A stretch of DNA of 64,000 nucleotides from positions 96,001 to 160,000 of the forward strand of contig CAVYNY010000032.1 in assembly GCA_963769935.1 (NCBI GenBank), given 5' to 3'. Below the pieces are notes generated by a model, which saw only the letters and a list, made by a program, of their open reading frames with translations, was not told the origin of the DNA and made no database searches. The stretch is from an uncultured delta proteobacterium. Lineage in GTDB: Bacteria; Desulfobacterota; Desulfobacteria; Desulfobacterales; JAFDCJ01. How positions within the stretch are numbered: position 1 is the stretch's first letter; the number at the start of each line of letters is the position of its first letter. The translations under genes and the position numbers were made by a program. Shown piece after piece: positions 1 to 9,789 of this stretch.

Positions 1-610
1 GTCTGACCAGCAAATCGAGGATTTGCGCCTGAATGGTAACATCAAGGGCGGTAGTGGGCTCATCGGCGATCAAAAGCGCCGGGCCGCAGGCAATTGCCAT
101 GGCGATCATCACCCGCTGCCGGAGGCCGCCGGAAAGCTGGTGCGGATATTGAGCGAGCCTGGCGCCGGGTGATCCGATTCCCACCAGGTGCAGGAGCTCA
201 GCGCAGCGCTCGCGGGCCTGGCGCATTCCAAGCCCGCGATGAATGCGCAGGACTTCTGCGATTTGAAAGCCGATCGAAAACGTCGGATTGAGGCTCGTCA
301 TCGGTTCCTGAAAAATCATTCCGATGCGATTGCCCCTGATGGAACGCATGGCGGCATCATCCAATTTGAGAAGGTCCCGGCCGTTGAACAGAATGCGGCC
401 GGACTCCACCCGGCTGGGCGGCGACGGCAGCAGCCGGATGATGGACATGGCGGTGACGCTTTTGCCGCAGCCGGACTCCCCCACGAGTCCCAGCGTCCGC
501 CCATGCTCCACCGAAAAGGAAACATCCTCTATAACCTTGAGCGGGCCTCTTTCAGTGGCAAAACTAACCGACAGGCCCCTCACTTTCAGGATCCGCTCGC
601 CGTTCGGCAC
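1..610 (-). CDS. Dipeptide/oligopeptide ABC transporter ATP-binding protein (DppD/OppD-like), 3' end outside window
   Basis: Not in the ORF track. Manual translation from GTG at 610 gives [17 protein letters not shown]...[26 protein letters not shown] (Walker A). GGAGG RBS upstream; follows the acetamidase in the same operon. Confidence 0.88.
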   Translation of the reverse strand, partial: MPNGERILKVRGLSVSFATERGPLKVIEDVSFSVEHGRTLGLVGESGCGKSVTAMSIIRLLPSPPSRVESGRILFNGRDLLKLDDAAMRSIRGNRIGMIFQEPMTSLNPTFSIGFQIAEVLRIHRGLGMRQARERCAELLHLVGIGSPGARLAQYPHQLSGGLRQRVMIAMAIACGPALLIADEPTTALDVTIQAQILDLLVR

Positions 611-626
611 GGTCTCAAACCTCCTG

Positions 627-1571
627 TCAACTAAAAACTACTCTCGGAAAATAGAATGAAACGATCCAGTCCGGCGCATCGACGATTTCGCTGATTCTCA
701 GATCGGCGCACACGCTGCACAGCATATAGGCTTCCGCCCGCGACAAGGCGTGTTTTGCAGCGAGCAGGTCCACCATGTCGCTGACGGCGGCCCTGGCGGA
801 TTCCATCAGGTCCGGTCCGATACCCGTGGTGACTTCATATCCTTTTACGTCTAAGTGCCTTGATACCGGCCCCGGCGTCGAAAATCGCGGGAATCTTAAA
901 TTCATCTTTTTTTCGACTTCCAGTTTGACCGTTACATGCATGGGGCTTTCGATGGCCGTGCCGCATACTTCTCCGTCGCCCTGGACCGCGTGGGCATCGC
1001 CCATGGAGAACAGCGCACCGGGTACTTCCACCGGCAGGTAAAGTACGGAACCGATACTCAAATCGCGGGTGTCCATGTTGCCGCCGACCCGGCGCGGATT
1101 AACGACGCTGTGTCCGCCCTCCGGCGCGGGAGCCACGCCGATGGTTCCCGGAAAGGGCTTCAATGGCACTTTGGCGCCTTTGAGATACGGCGCGGGCGTT
1201 TGAAAATCTGCCTCGTATTCCCAGATGTGAAGGGCCGGTTCCTCAAATTGATCTGCCAGCAGGCCGAAACCCGGGATCACTGCCGACCAGCCCCAGCCGG
1301 CGGATTTAAATGACAGGATGGTTACCTTCAGAGCATCTCCCGGTTCGGCGCTCTCCACATAGACCGGTCCGGTAACCGGATTGACTCTGCCGAAATCAAG
1401 GTTTTTGACATCCTCCAGGGTGGAGTTGCGATGAATCTGTCCGCCGCCGGCATCCACCGTTTCTATTTCAACAACGCTGCCCGGTTTGACGCTCAATACC
1501 GGCGGCAGCGACCGATTCCACCCGTAGTGGCACTTGTCCCCGTGAATCGTGTAGTCAGGTTTTAGCGGCAT
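627..1571 (-). CDS. Acetamidase/formamidase family protein
   Basis: [41 protein letters not shown] and [18 protein letters not shown] motifs. Confidence 0.9.
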   Translation of the reverse strand: MPLKPDYTIHGDKCHYGWNRSLPPVLSVKPGSVVEIETVDAGGGQIHRNSTLEDVKNLDFGRVNPVTGPVYVESAEPGDALKVTILSFKSAGWGWSAVIPGFGLLADQFEEPALHIWEYEADFQTPAPYLKGAKVPLKPFPGTIGVAPAPEGGHSVVNPRRVGGNMDTRDLSIGSVLYLPVEVPGALFSMGDAHAVQGDGEVCGTAIESPMHVTVKLEVEKKMNLRFPRFSTPGPVSRHLDVKGYEVTTGIGPDLMESARAAVSDMVDLLAAKHALSRAEAYMLCSVCADLRISEIVDAPDWIVSFYFPRVVFS

Positions 1572-1885
1572 GAGATAATTACCTCCCTTCAGTGTTTATT
1601 TTTAGCAGCGCGCCATCGGCAATTGGTTGTCGATGTTGACAAGTGCTTTGGTTATCTAAAGGTTTCAGGTGTCAGCAACTGGAAAACATTAAATCACAAA
1701 TTACAGGCACCAAACGAATTACAATTCCCAAAATTCAAAATCCTAAAAGTGTTTCGTCTTTGAGCAAACTGGTTGACCGGCAACCGGCGGCTACGCTGAC
1801 ACCTGAAACCCATACAATGCAAAGATTGGTAACTTGCAGCGCCAAAGGCACTGATTCCTGCAAGCTTACCCCGATAACGTATCGG

Positions 1886-3514
1886 CTATTGCGCATCCTT
1901 GGCATAGACGTACTCGTAGTTGACCGGTATGTGGACCGGATCGACGAAGATCGCATCCGGACCGCCGAGACGCGCCGCCCGCATGGTGAAGCGCTGTTCG
2001 TTGAAAACCGGCGCCCAGGGGGCATCGTCCATCAGCTCGATAAAAATCGAGCGCCACAGTTCCTCCCGTTGAGCTTTCATCGCCGGATCGCTCATGGCAT
2101 CGGCTTTGGCTGCCAGCGCGTCGAGTTTTTCATTACAATACCAGGACCAGTTCCAGCCGCCTTTGACGGCACCCCCACAGCCCAGAATCGGACCGTAAAA
2201 ATTGGAGGGGTCCGGAAAGTCGGCAATCCAGGCCATTCCGCCGGACCAGATCATCGGCGCCTGGTCTTCCTCGCCGCCGGCGGCTATGACAGTGGATTGC
2301 GCCAGGGTTTTGATTTCAGCCGTGATGCCGATTTCGGCCAGGTCGCGTTGAATCGCCTGGGCGATGCGCGGATTGGGATCGGTATTGTTGGCATACAACT
2401 CGGTGGTAAAGCCTTTGGGGAAGCCGGCCTCTGCCAGGAGGGCTTTGGCCTTGGCCGGGTCGTAGGGGTACCCTTTATAATTTTTGTCGTAGCCGGGCAT
2501 GGCCGGCGGCAGCGGCTGGTTGGCCGGCACGGCGCGGTTGTTGATGATCATGCAAATGCGTTGTTTGTTGATCGCCATATTGACCGCCTGGCGCACTTTT
2601 TTATTGTCAAAGGGTTTGATGCGAACATTCATGGAAACATAGCCGGTATGCAGCTGTCCGCCCTCTATGATCAGATCGGCGTTTTTGGGATCGTTCTTCA
2701 CCTGCAGAAAACGGGCCGGCGGGATGCCGTCGCCCAGAATGTCCACCTCACCCTGCTGCAGGCGCAGCAGGGCCACGGTGGGTTCCTGGCCGACTTCAAA
2801 CACAATTTTGTCCAGGCGGGGCAGACCGGGTTTGTAGTAGTCCGGGTTGCGCACGTAAACGACACGTTGGCCCAATTTCCACTCCTCCATCTTGAAGGCC
2901 CCGGTTCCGACCGGATGGGTGCCAAAATCCTGGCCGTATTTTTCAACTTCCTCTTTTGGAACGGCGAAGGAAAAGTTGATGGCCATGACATGCAGAAAGG
3001 TAGCGTCCGGCTGCGACAACTCGATCTTCAGCGTATAGGGATCGACTACGGTCATGCCGCTTAATTCTGTGGCTTTCCCCGTCGTCATCTCGTCAAAGCC
3101 TTTAATGCTCCAGAAAAAACCCTGTCCGGGGCTTTGGGTTTTGGGATTAACGGCCCTTTCGATGGAGTACTTGATGTCTTCAGCCGTCAGCTTGCGTCCA
3201 TTATGGAATTTGACATCCTGGCGCAGTTTAAACGTGTAGACCTTGCCGTCGGGAGAGATGGTGAAGCTTTCGGCCAGATCGGGTTTGAGATTGTAGGTCC
3301 CCGCTTCGTAGTCCATCAGACCGTTAAAGAGCGCCTTGATCATGGACCAGTTCTGCCAGTCATAGCCGATGGCCGGATCAAGGGTGCTGATGTCATCTTT
3401 GTAGGTGACGACCATGGTACCGCCCTGTTTGATGTTTTCGGCCCCAGCCGGCGTCAGGACGCCCATTGTCACCGTCAGACCAACAATTAGTGTAAGCAAC
3501 AAAATTTTTTTCAT
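1886..3514 (-). CDS. Peptide/nickel ABC transporter substrate-binding protein (family 5)
   Basis: Signal peptide MKKILLLTLIVGL (ATG 3514, AGGA RBS); LDPA, PDLAESFTISPDGKVYTFKLR, FHNG, GTGAF motifs. Confidence 0.92.
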   Translation of the reverse strand: MKKILLLTLIVGLTVTMGVLTPAGAENIKQGGTMVVTYKDDISTLDPAIGYDWQNWSMIKALFNGLMDYEAGTYNLKPDLAESFTISPDGKVYTFKLRQDVKFHNGRKLTAEDIKYSIERAVNPKTQSPGQGFFWSIKGFDEMTTGKATELSGMTVVDPYTLKIELSQPDATFLHVMAINFSFAVPKEEVEKYGQDFGTHPVGTGAFKMEEWKLGQRVVYVRNPDYYKPGLPRLDKIVFEVGQEPTVALLRLQQGEVDILGDGIPPARFLQVKNDPKNADLIIEGGQLHTGYVSMNVRIKPFDNKKVRQAVNMAINKQRICMIINNRAVPANQPLPPAMPGYDKNYKGYPYDPAKAKALLAEAGFPKGFTTELYANNTDPNPRIAQAIQRDLAEIGITAEIKTLAQSTVIAAGGEEDQAPMIWSGGMAWIADFPDPSNFYGPILGCGGAVKGGWNWSWYCNEKLDALAAKADAMSDPAMKAQREELWRSIFIELMDDAPWAPVFNEQRFTMRAARLGGPDAIFVDPVHIPVNYEYVYAKDAQ

Positions 3515-3570
3515 TTTCCTTCTCCTTTTCCAGACGCTTGCGTGCAAAGCACTTGTGTGTCAGTATTTTA

Positions 3571-4491
3571 CTACCTCAAGTACACCCGCGGATCGATGAA
3601 CGGGATAATCAGGTCGGCCAGCATATTGCCGAGCACAATGCCGACGGCGGCCACCAGGGTAACGCCCATGATGACCGGGATGTCCACCATTTGGATGGCC
3701 TGCCAGGCCATCTGGCCGATGCCGGGCCAGCCGTAGACCGATTCCACCACGACCGCGCCGGCCATAAAAATGCCGATGTCGAGACCGATCATGGCAATTA
3801 CCGGCAGAATGGCGTTGCGCAAGGCATGGACCAATACCACCGCGCGTTCGGTAAGGCCTTTAGAGCGGGCGGTGCGGATAAAATCCTGGCGCAGTACATC
3901 CACCATGCTCGAGCGCATCATCCGCGAATACCAGCCGCCGCCGGAAATCCCCAATGTCAGCGCCGGCAGGCACAGATGCTTAATCGTCCCGTAACCGCCC
4001 AACGGGAAAATGGGTATGATGTGGGCAAATAAATACAGCAGCAGCAGGCCCAGGACAAACTGGGGTATCGACACCCCGGCAAAAGACATTGCCATGATCC
4101 AGTTGTCCGCTGATCGGCCCCGTTTGGTAGCTGAATAGATGCCGGCCGGCAGACCGATCAACAGCTCAAAAAATATGGTCCCCACCATGAGCAGAAGCGT
4201 GGCCGGCAGCCTGCTCAAAATCAGCTCGCTGACCTGGGTTTTCTGCTTGTAGGATCGGCCCAGGTCCCCCTGCACCAGGCGGCCGATATATTTCAGGTAC
4301 TGCACAGGCAGCGGCTTATCCAGTCCGAGTTCCCTGCGGATGGATTCGACTGTTGCCTGGGTTGCACTTCGGCCGGCGATCATTCTCACCGGGTCGGCCG
4401 GCATCAGATAGGTGAGGCAAAATGTTATCAGGGTAACACCGATTAAAATCAGAACGGCCTGGCTGAGTCTTTTGGCAAGAAAAACCGGCAT
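3571..4491 (-). CDS. Peptide ABC transporter permease (DppB-like)
   Basis: GLDKPLPVQY, GDLGRSY, EAA-type loop DFIRTARSKGL, HALRNA, WPGIG. Confidence 0.92.
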   Translation of the reverse strand: MPVFLAKRLSQAVLILIGVTLITFCLTYLMPADPVRMIAGRSATQATVESIRRELGLDKPLPVQYLKYIGRLVQGDLGRSYKQKTQVSELILSRLPATLLLMVGTIFFELLIGLPAGIYSATKRGRSADNWIMAMSFAGVSIPQFVLGLLLLYLFAHIIPIFPLGGYGTIKHLCLPALTLGISGGGWYSRMMRSSMVDVLRQDFIRTARSKGLTERAVVLVHALRNAILPVIAMIGLDIGIFMAGAVVVESVYGWPGIGQMAWQAIQMVDIPVIMGVTLVAAVGIVLGNMLADLIIPFIDPRVYLR

Positions 4492-5342
4492 TATTGGCGC
4501 CCCCTTTGGGTGGGGTCCAGGGCATCCCGCAAGGCATCGCCCACCAGGTTAAATGACAGGGACAGCAGCATAATCGCGGTGCCCGGGAAAAAGACCAGCC
4601 AGGGGGCGTCCAGGAAGTAGGACTGGCTCTCATAAATGATGCCGCCCCATGATGGTGTGGGCGGCCTGACGCCAACCCCGAGAAACGATAGGGTCGCTTC
4701 CAACAAGACCGTCGTGGCAATGCCTAGAGTGCCCCAGACAAGCAGCGTCGGCCACAAATGGGGAACAATATGAATAAAAAGAATCCTCGGCCAGGCGGCA
4801 CCAATGGCACGGGCGGCTTCGATATATTCCAGCTCGACGAGTGCGACGGTCTGGCTGTAAATCACCCTTGCGATTTGGACCCAGTTGACCAGGGCGATAA
4901 CCAGCGCGACGATCCAGAGGCTGGGTCGAAAGATGGCCGCCAAGGCGATGGCCAGCAACAATGCCGGAAAAGCCATCATGAGATCTGTAAAGCGCATGAT
5001 GACAGTGCCCGCCAGCCCCTTGACATAACCGGCCACGATGCCCAGGAAAGCACCGATGAACACCGCGGCGCCGTTGGCGGCAATTCCGATGATCAAAGAT
5101 GTTCGGGCGCCGTAAAGCAGTCGTGCGAAGAGGCTGCGCCCCAATAGATCCGTGCCGAGCCAGAATGTTTTATTGGGCGGAAGCGGCGCCCCCTCCAGGG
5201 TCAGCCCTTCGAAGAATTGTTTGTTGGGAGGGTGGGGGGTGATGGCAGGCGCAAATATCGCTGCGCCGGAAAATACCACAATCATGGTCAGGCCGAAAAG
5301 TGCCAGCTTGTTCTTTAAAAGTTGTTTCAGGACGTAAGGCAT
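4491..5342 (-). CDS. Peptide ABC transporter permease (DppC-like)
   Basis: WLGTDLLGRSLFARLLYGARTSL, EYIEAARAIGA, LSFLGVGVRPPTPSWG, GDALRDALDP; start placed at ATG 5342. Confidence 0.9.
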   Translation of the reverse strand: MPYVLKQLLKNKLALFGLTMIVVFSGAAIFAPAITPHPPNKQFFEGLTLEGAPLPPNKTFWLGTDLLGRSLFARLLYGARTSLIIGIAANGAAVFIGAFLGIVAGYVKGLAGTVIMRFTDLMMAFPALLLAIALAAIFRPSLWIVALVIALVNWVQIARVIYSQTVALVELEYIEAARAIGAAWPRILFIHIVPHLWPTLLVWGTLGIATTVLLEATLSFLGVGVRPPTPSWGGIIYESQSYFLDAPWLVFFPGTAIMLLSLSFNLVGDALRDALDPTQRGRQ

Positions 5343-5438
5343 TTTGTCTAAATAATGAAACGGCCGATGCCTGTCAAGGAGGAATTCCTTTTCCCACGCC
5401 GGCCAAAACAACGGTCGGTCTGATCAAAAAAGAAACTA

Positions 5439-5585
5439 GTGAACGTCGAACGTCGAAGTTGGACCTGCCCGCAATGCCTTGAAACGAGTCCGATGCGAAT
5501 TTAAGCATTTAGTTTATAGCTCATTGATTACGCTGACCCAACGTACGATGCATGGCAGGCGGGCGTTCGATGTTCGACGTTCAAT
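5439..5585. repeat. Intergenic element with inverted short tandem arms (GAACGTC / GACGTTC-like)
   Basis: gaacgtcgaacgtcgaa at ~5441-5457 and gttcgatgttcgacgttcaa at ~5565-5584. Confidence 0.6.
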
Positions 5586-5690
5586 CAATTCATTGTTCCA
5601 ACCTCGTGAAGTTTTATAAAGCCTACCAACCAATAACTAATAACAAATAACTCCCCTTTTGGTTGCCGTAGGCTTGCATGTGCCGGTATG

Positions 5691-6161
5691 CTATTCCGAC
5701 ACCGGCAGGGCAAACGCTATTTTTCCATCCCCGGCAGCGGTTCGGATCGCAAACTGCTTGCCGGAGTCAAGCCCGGCCAGATAGCCGTTCGCCGCCGACT
5801 TGATCAAGTTCAGTTTATCCTCCGGCACCGGCCCGGGTTTGACATGAATGAGCGGCAGGAGAAGCGTGAGCCCATGCACGACGATCGGATCGATCTGTTT
5901 TTCCTGGCCGAGGTACAGCGACAGCTCCAGTATCAAAGGGTTAAGGGTGTCGCCGATCGTGGCCGTGTCCTGCAAGCTCTCGATCTTTTTTGCAATTACC
6001 TCGGCTTTGCCCGCATATTCCGGGTATTTCTGAATGGCGTGAAAACCCACCAGGTTGGCGGCCGTCCAGACGAGCTCTTCCTGATTCGGCGGGGTTATTT
6101 GCCAACCGGCACATGCCGTCAGCATACAACCAGCAACGATAAGTAAAATAAATTTTTTCAT
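5691..6161 (-). CDS. Hypothetical lipoprotein
   Basis: MKKFILLIVAGCMLTAC lipobox; AGGAGG RBS before ATG 6161. Confidence 0.75.
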   Translation of the reverse strand: MKKFILLIVAGCMLTACAGWQITPPNQEELVWTAANLVGFHAIQKYPEYAGKAEVIAKKIESLQDTATIGDTLNPLILELSLYLGQEKQIDPIVVHGLTLLLPLIHVKPGPVPEDKLNLIKSAANGYLAGLDSGKQFAIRTAAGDGKIAFALPVSE

Positions 6162-6260
6162 TTTGAGCCTCCTTTGTCGAATGGTTCTGTTTTTCATATG
6201 CGAAGCAAGCGTTATTTACGGCTTGGGTCCTTCCTCACTTTTGCCTAAACTGATCGGTTA

Positions 6261-6452
6261 GAGGTTCAGGGTTCAGGGTTCAAAGGCTACCGGCAATGGG
6301 TACTGATTACCATATCTATGAAGATCCGGAATACTTGATAAATTCTATTGGGTATGACGGCGCTATGATCACGATGAAGACAGAAATCCTGTAATGTGAG
6401 TTGCTTGGAGGTTTTTCAACCCTGAATCCCGCCGGGGCGGGAAACCCTGAAC
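6261..6452. repeat. Intergenic inverted tandem element (GGTTCAG / CCCTGAA) with CCCGCCGGGGCGGG palindrome
   Basis: ggttcagggttcagggttca near 6263-6282; accctgaatcccgccggggcgggaaaccctgaac near 6419-6452. Confidence 0.55.
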
Positions 6453-6479
6453 GGACAATAAACCTTCCCTGCCGAATCT

Positions 6480-7850
6480 TTAGTCTCCCAACGCTTTTTT
6501 GAGCCTGATCATCTCAGGATCTTCCGCGATCAGGGAAGGGACCACCGTATCGATGAGCTTAATTTGTTCCGGCTTTAAATAAAATGACGTCGGCAGCTTA
6601 TAGCAGCGGGCTTTCAGCTCAGGATCCCCGATGTTGCGAAAATTTATTTCTATGGTGTAAGGCTCCTCCAATAAAGATAATGAGCGCGTCCGGCTGCCGA
6701 TGTCGATCGCCGGTTTATAAATCTCTTGACTGAGGGCTTTAATTTCCATCCAGCGTTTGGCCGACAGGATGTCCATGGATGTTACCATGGTGTATTCAAT
6801 GACCGAGCTGATGCGTGGTGCACCGGGAGATTTGCTCGATTTGTCATCCGGCAGGACACCGGCATTTACATTGATGATGATCAACCGCTTGAGCGGATTG
6901 TCCCGGTCGTTTAATTTTTTATTGATGATGCCGTTGGTGCCGAACTCATCGATGATTGCCTGCAGGCCCTGGTTGTCGACCAGACCGCCATCGGCCAGGT
7001 GCATGTATCGGTTGCGTTTATCGTTATAAAACTCAAGCATGCGCGCATAATAATACTTTTCGATGTTGTTTCTGGCATTGCGTCGCGCCATGACATAGTC
7101 GATGTTCTTTGACAGGTCAACCGGTTCGCCGTAGTTGATAACTGTGAGCGGCGACAGCAGGATGGGAAAGGCCGAGGAGGCGGCGCAGGCGTATCCGATG
7201 GGATACCTGGCAAGATCGGAATCCAGCCGATTGAAATAGGCGGGCGTGAACGTAAACCGGTCCCCGAGTGCCAGGTGGGTCGCATGGATCCAGGCAACCG
7301 GATGCGGGGGCAGGTCGCTGAAGGTTTTGCCTTCGAATACCGTCCGGTCATAGAGTTCGGCGGCCATGTTGATCCGGTCGTATTCGGGCGACAGCAGCCG
7401 CAGCCCCTGCCAGGGTGGAATGATGATTCCCCTGGCCAATTCGCCCTGAATGTTGCGCTCGATAAACCGCCGCCGGAAGATTTCCATATTGTCCTTGTAC
7501 AGACACCAGGCCGCCGCCGCAAAACTGCCGCCGGAGATGCCGGAGATATAATCGATTTCATCGGCCAGGGTCGAGTTAATTTGACGGCCGGAAGGATCCT
7601 GATAGGTATAAGGTATTTGTTTTAAGACCTCCAGGGTTTTCCAGCTTATGGCCGCCGCCCGGGTGCCGCCGCCGGAGAGCGCTACGAAAACCAGGGTTTG
7701 CGTATCCTGCCTGACTTCCGGGGCAGGGATCGGGATGGGTGCGGGTTGTTTTTCAAGCTGAACGTTATACCGGGGGGCGCAGGCGCCCAGCGGCAGGATA
7801 AGTAGACAAAGCACACTTGCTGCGGCAATATACCGTCGTGACGTTTTCAT
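6480..7850 (-). CDS. Patatin-like phospholipase, lipoprotein
   Basis: Lipobox LPLGAC; oxyanion SGGGTRAA, nucleophile GISGG (GxSxG), AASSAFP, catalytic DGG. Confidence 0.88.
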   Translation of the reverse strand: MKTSRRYIAAASVLCLLILPLGACAPRYNVQLEKQPAPIPIPAPEVRQDTQTLVFVALSGGGTRAAAISWKTLEVLKQIPYTYQDPSGRQINSTLADEIDYISGISGGSFAAAAWCLYKDNMEIFRRRFIERNIQGELARGIIIPPWQGLRLLSPEYDRINMAAELYDRTVFEGKTFSDLPPHPVAWIHATHLALGDRFTFTPAYFNRLDSDLARYPIGYACAASSAFPILLSPLTVINYGEPVDLSKNIDYVMARRNARNNIEKYYYARMLEFYNDKRNRYMHLADGGLVDNQGLQAIIDEFGTNGIINKKLNDRDNPLKRLIIINVNAGVLPDDKSSKSPGAPRISSVIEYTMVTSMDILSAKRWMEIKALSQEIYKPAIDIGSRTRSLSLLEEPYTIEINFRNIGDPELKARCYKLPTSFYLKPEQIKLIDTVVPSLIAEDPEMIRLKKALGD

Positions 7851-8059
7851 GCCTGAATCTCCACTATCTTTGGATGTCTTGGGGTTGTGTTTTTAAGGTC
7901 GACTTCTTTTTCTTCGGCTGTCGGCAGATCGACAGACACAAGCATTAATTCTCTGCGCAGGATGAGGGTTTCGCCAACCTTGCCGTTTTTTTGCCGGTTT
8001 ATCAGAACATCGATGTCCTGTTCTTCTTTACCCGGCACAATGACTCGCATGAATTCCAT
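7847..8059 (-). CDS. Small hypothetical protein (70 aa)
   Basis: ATG 8059 with AGGAAA RBS just after the upstream stop; its stop overlaps the patatin start (ATGA). Confidence 0.6.
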   Translation of the reverse strand: MEFMRVIVPGKEEQDIDVLINRQKNGKVGETLILRRELMLVSVDLPTAEEKEVDLKNTTPRHPKIVEIQA

Positions 8060-8072
8060 GAGAATTTCCTTT

Positions 8073-9599
8073 CTAAAAATTGAACTGAAACGATCCTCTC
8101 TCAGCGGAGATGATTCCGTCATCCAGATATTTTTTGGTAACCGCCGCCCGCTTGGCGGCATCCGTCATGGGGTTGCGTCCGTGGGTTTCACGGATCTTCA
8201 GGTAGGCGTCGATGAGTTTACCTTCATCGGCCGTGTCCCAATTTTGCGGGTTCGCCAGACCGGTTTGATCCATTGCCTTTTCCAGGCAGGGTTTGACGTA
8301 GCCCGGCCGATTGACGTGATTGTCCAGAAGCAGGCCTACGCCGTACTCGGATGTCACCAGATCGGCTATAAAGTATCCTCGCACCCGGTAGGAATTGGAC
8401 CGGTAAAAAGTGTTTATCCGTGACAGTGCGTGCTGAATCTCGATGGTCTGCACGACCGGATTCTGGCCTGAGAGCCAGAAATAAAATGCCCATTCGCAGG
8501 CGCGCAGCTGTTCTTTTTGAGGGGCAGCCGCCAGCTTTTGTCCGGCGAGGGTGAAAAAACCGGAAATCTCATCGGTGTCGATAATATCAAGCCCGTGCTC
8601 TCCATAGTATTCCTGAAAGACGGCCTGCTCGGCCGTTTTGATTTTCCGGAGCAAGGCCGGGAGCTCACCCGGATCGTTTCCGACGCCGGCGGTCCACTGA
8701 AACATGCCGAAGGTCATAAACGCATTGTCCCAGGTGTTGACCGCATCCAGACGGCCTTCGTTTTCCGAGACGGCAACCATGACATTGATGGCCGAGTCGG
8801 TCAATCCAAAATTACTCAGCGATGGTCGATTGGCATTGATATAATCCAGGGGACTGCGCTGGCCAAAAACGTAAACTCCCCGCTTGAATTTGGTGAAGCG
8901 GACCTCCTTGCCGGCCAGCGACGCATAGATGCGGGATTTTCCGTTCTCAATTGCTTCCCGGACATTGACCTCGGCGGCGGTCTTTGCAACCGGCGCCGTA
9001 TCTTCGGCCCAGTTGGGGCCGTAAAAATTCTTGAGCCGGTCGACAATGCGCTGCGCCAGTTCCCGGGTGAGTTCACGGCCGTCGCTGCGAATATCTTCCC
9101 GGCGGGCAAAGGCTTTAAGGGCCTTGGCCGTTCCGGCGCCGTAGTTGCCGTCGGCACCGTACTTTTCCCAGTTGAGTTCCGCGCCGAATCCCAGTTCGTG
9201 GAGCAGGGTCTGCAAGGCGGCCACGGCGGTATTGTGCGGCGAGCGCCGGAAGTACAGGTGCTCGACCTTGTCCTGGGTCACCGCATTGTGGATATGCCGC
9301 AGATCGTCCAGGATGTCATAGCGGTCGATGAGTTTAGCGGCGATGGCCGGGGTGATGATCTGGCCGTCACCGGACAGACCGTTGCGTTCGGCAAAGGCCT
9401 TCACCGCCCGGGTGGTGCCGCCGCCGTAATCACCATCCGCGCCGTATTTCTGCCAGTTGAGTTCATCGGCAAAACCAAGCTCATATAAAACGGTTTGCAA
9501 GGCTTGAACCGCCTCCCGCTGGTCGGAGCCTCGTCTTAAAATCGACGCGACTTTTTGATTCCGGATTAATTCTTGGATCGTCTCACGAGGCAGCATCAT
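8073..9599 (-). CDS. Peptidoglycan-binding domain protein (two repeats) with putative lysozyme-like hydrolase domain
   Basis: Two repeats of the form V.ALQT.L.ELGF..ELNW.KYGADG.YG.GT..A.KAF; C-terminal SENEGRLDAVNTWDNAFMTFGMFQW; AAGGAG RBS before ATG 9599; no signal peptide. Confidence 0.72.
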   Translation of the reverse strand: MMLPRETIQELIRNQKVASILRRGSDQREAVQALQTVLYELGFADELNWQKYGADGDYGGGTTRAVKAFAERNGLSGDGQIITPAIAAKLIDRYDILDDLRHIHNAVTQDKVEHLYFRRSPHNTAVAALQTLLHELGFGAELNWEKYGADGNYGAGTAKALKAFARREDIRSDGRELTRELAQRIVDRLKNFYGPNWAEDTAPVAKTAAEVNVREAIENGKSRIYASLAGKEVRFTKFKRGVYVFGQRSPLDYINANRPSLSNFGLTDSAINVMVAVSENEGRLDAVNTWDNAFMTFGMFQWTAGVGNDPGELPALLRKIKTAEQAVFQEYYGEHGLDIIDTDEISGFFTLAGQKLAAAPQKEQLRACEWAFYFWLSGQNPVVQTIEIQHALSRINTFYRSNSYRVRGYFIADLVTSEYGVGLLLDNHVNRPGYVKPCLEKAMDQTGLANPQNWDTADEGKLIDAYLKIRETHGRNPMTDAAKRAAVTKKYLDDGIISAERGSFQFNF

Positions 9600-9789
9600 T
9601 GACGCTCCTTGATCGATAGTTGGCAGATATAATGAAGGTTGATGGCAATCTCGGCGTTCTCGGCAAGCTTTGCTAAAAAACACCTGTCTATGCCCGGATG
9701 CCTGGATCAGATAAGTCACCGTCAGCCTTGATGATCCAATTGACATGAATGTTCTTTGGGCGGATTTCCTCAGAACTTCCTTAATAATT

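Noticed and set aside
188..634. Plus-strand ORFs of 148 aa and 111 aa
   Set aside because: Antisense shadows of the minus-strand ABC ATPase that has the Walker A motif and RBS
1643..3064. 473 aa plus-strand ORF
   Set aside because: Antisense to the substrate-binding protein; typical shadow frame of GC-rich codons, no motifs
8517..9488. 323 aa plus-strand ORF
   Set aside because: Antisense to the PG-binding hydrolase
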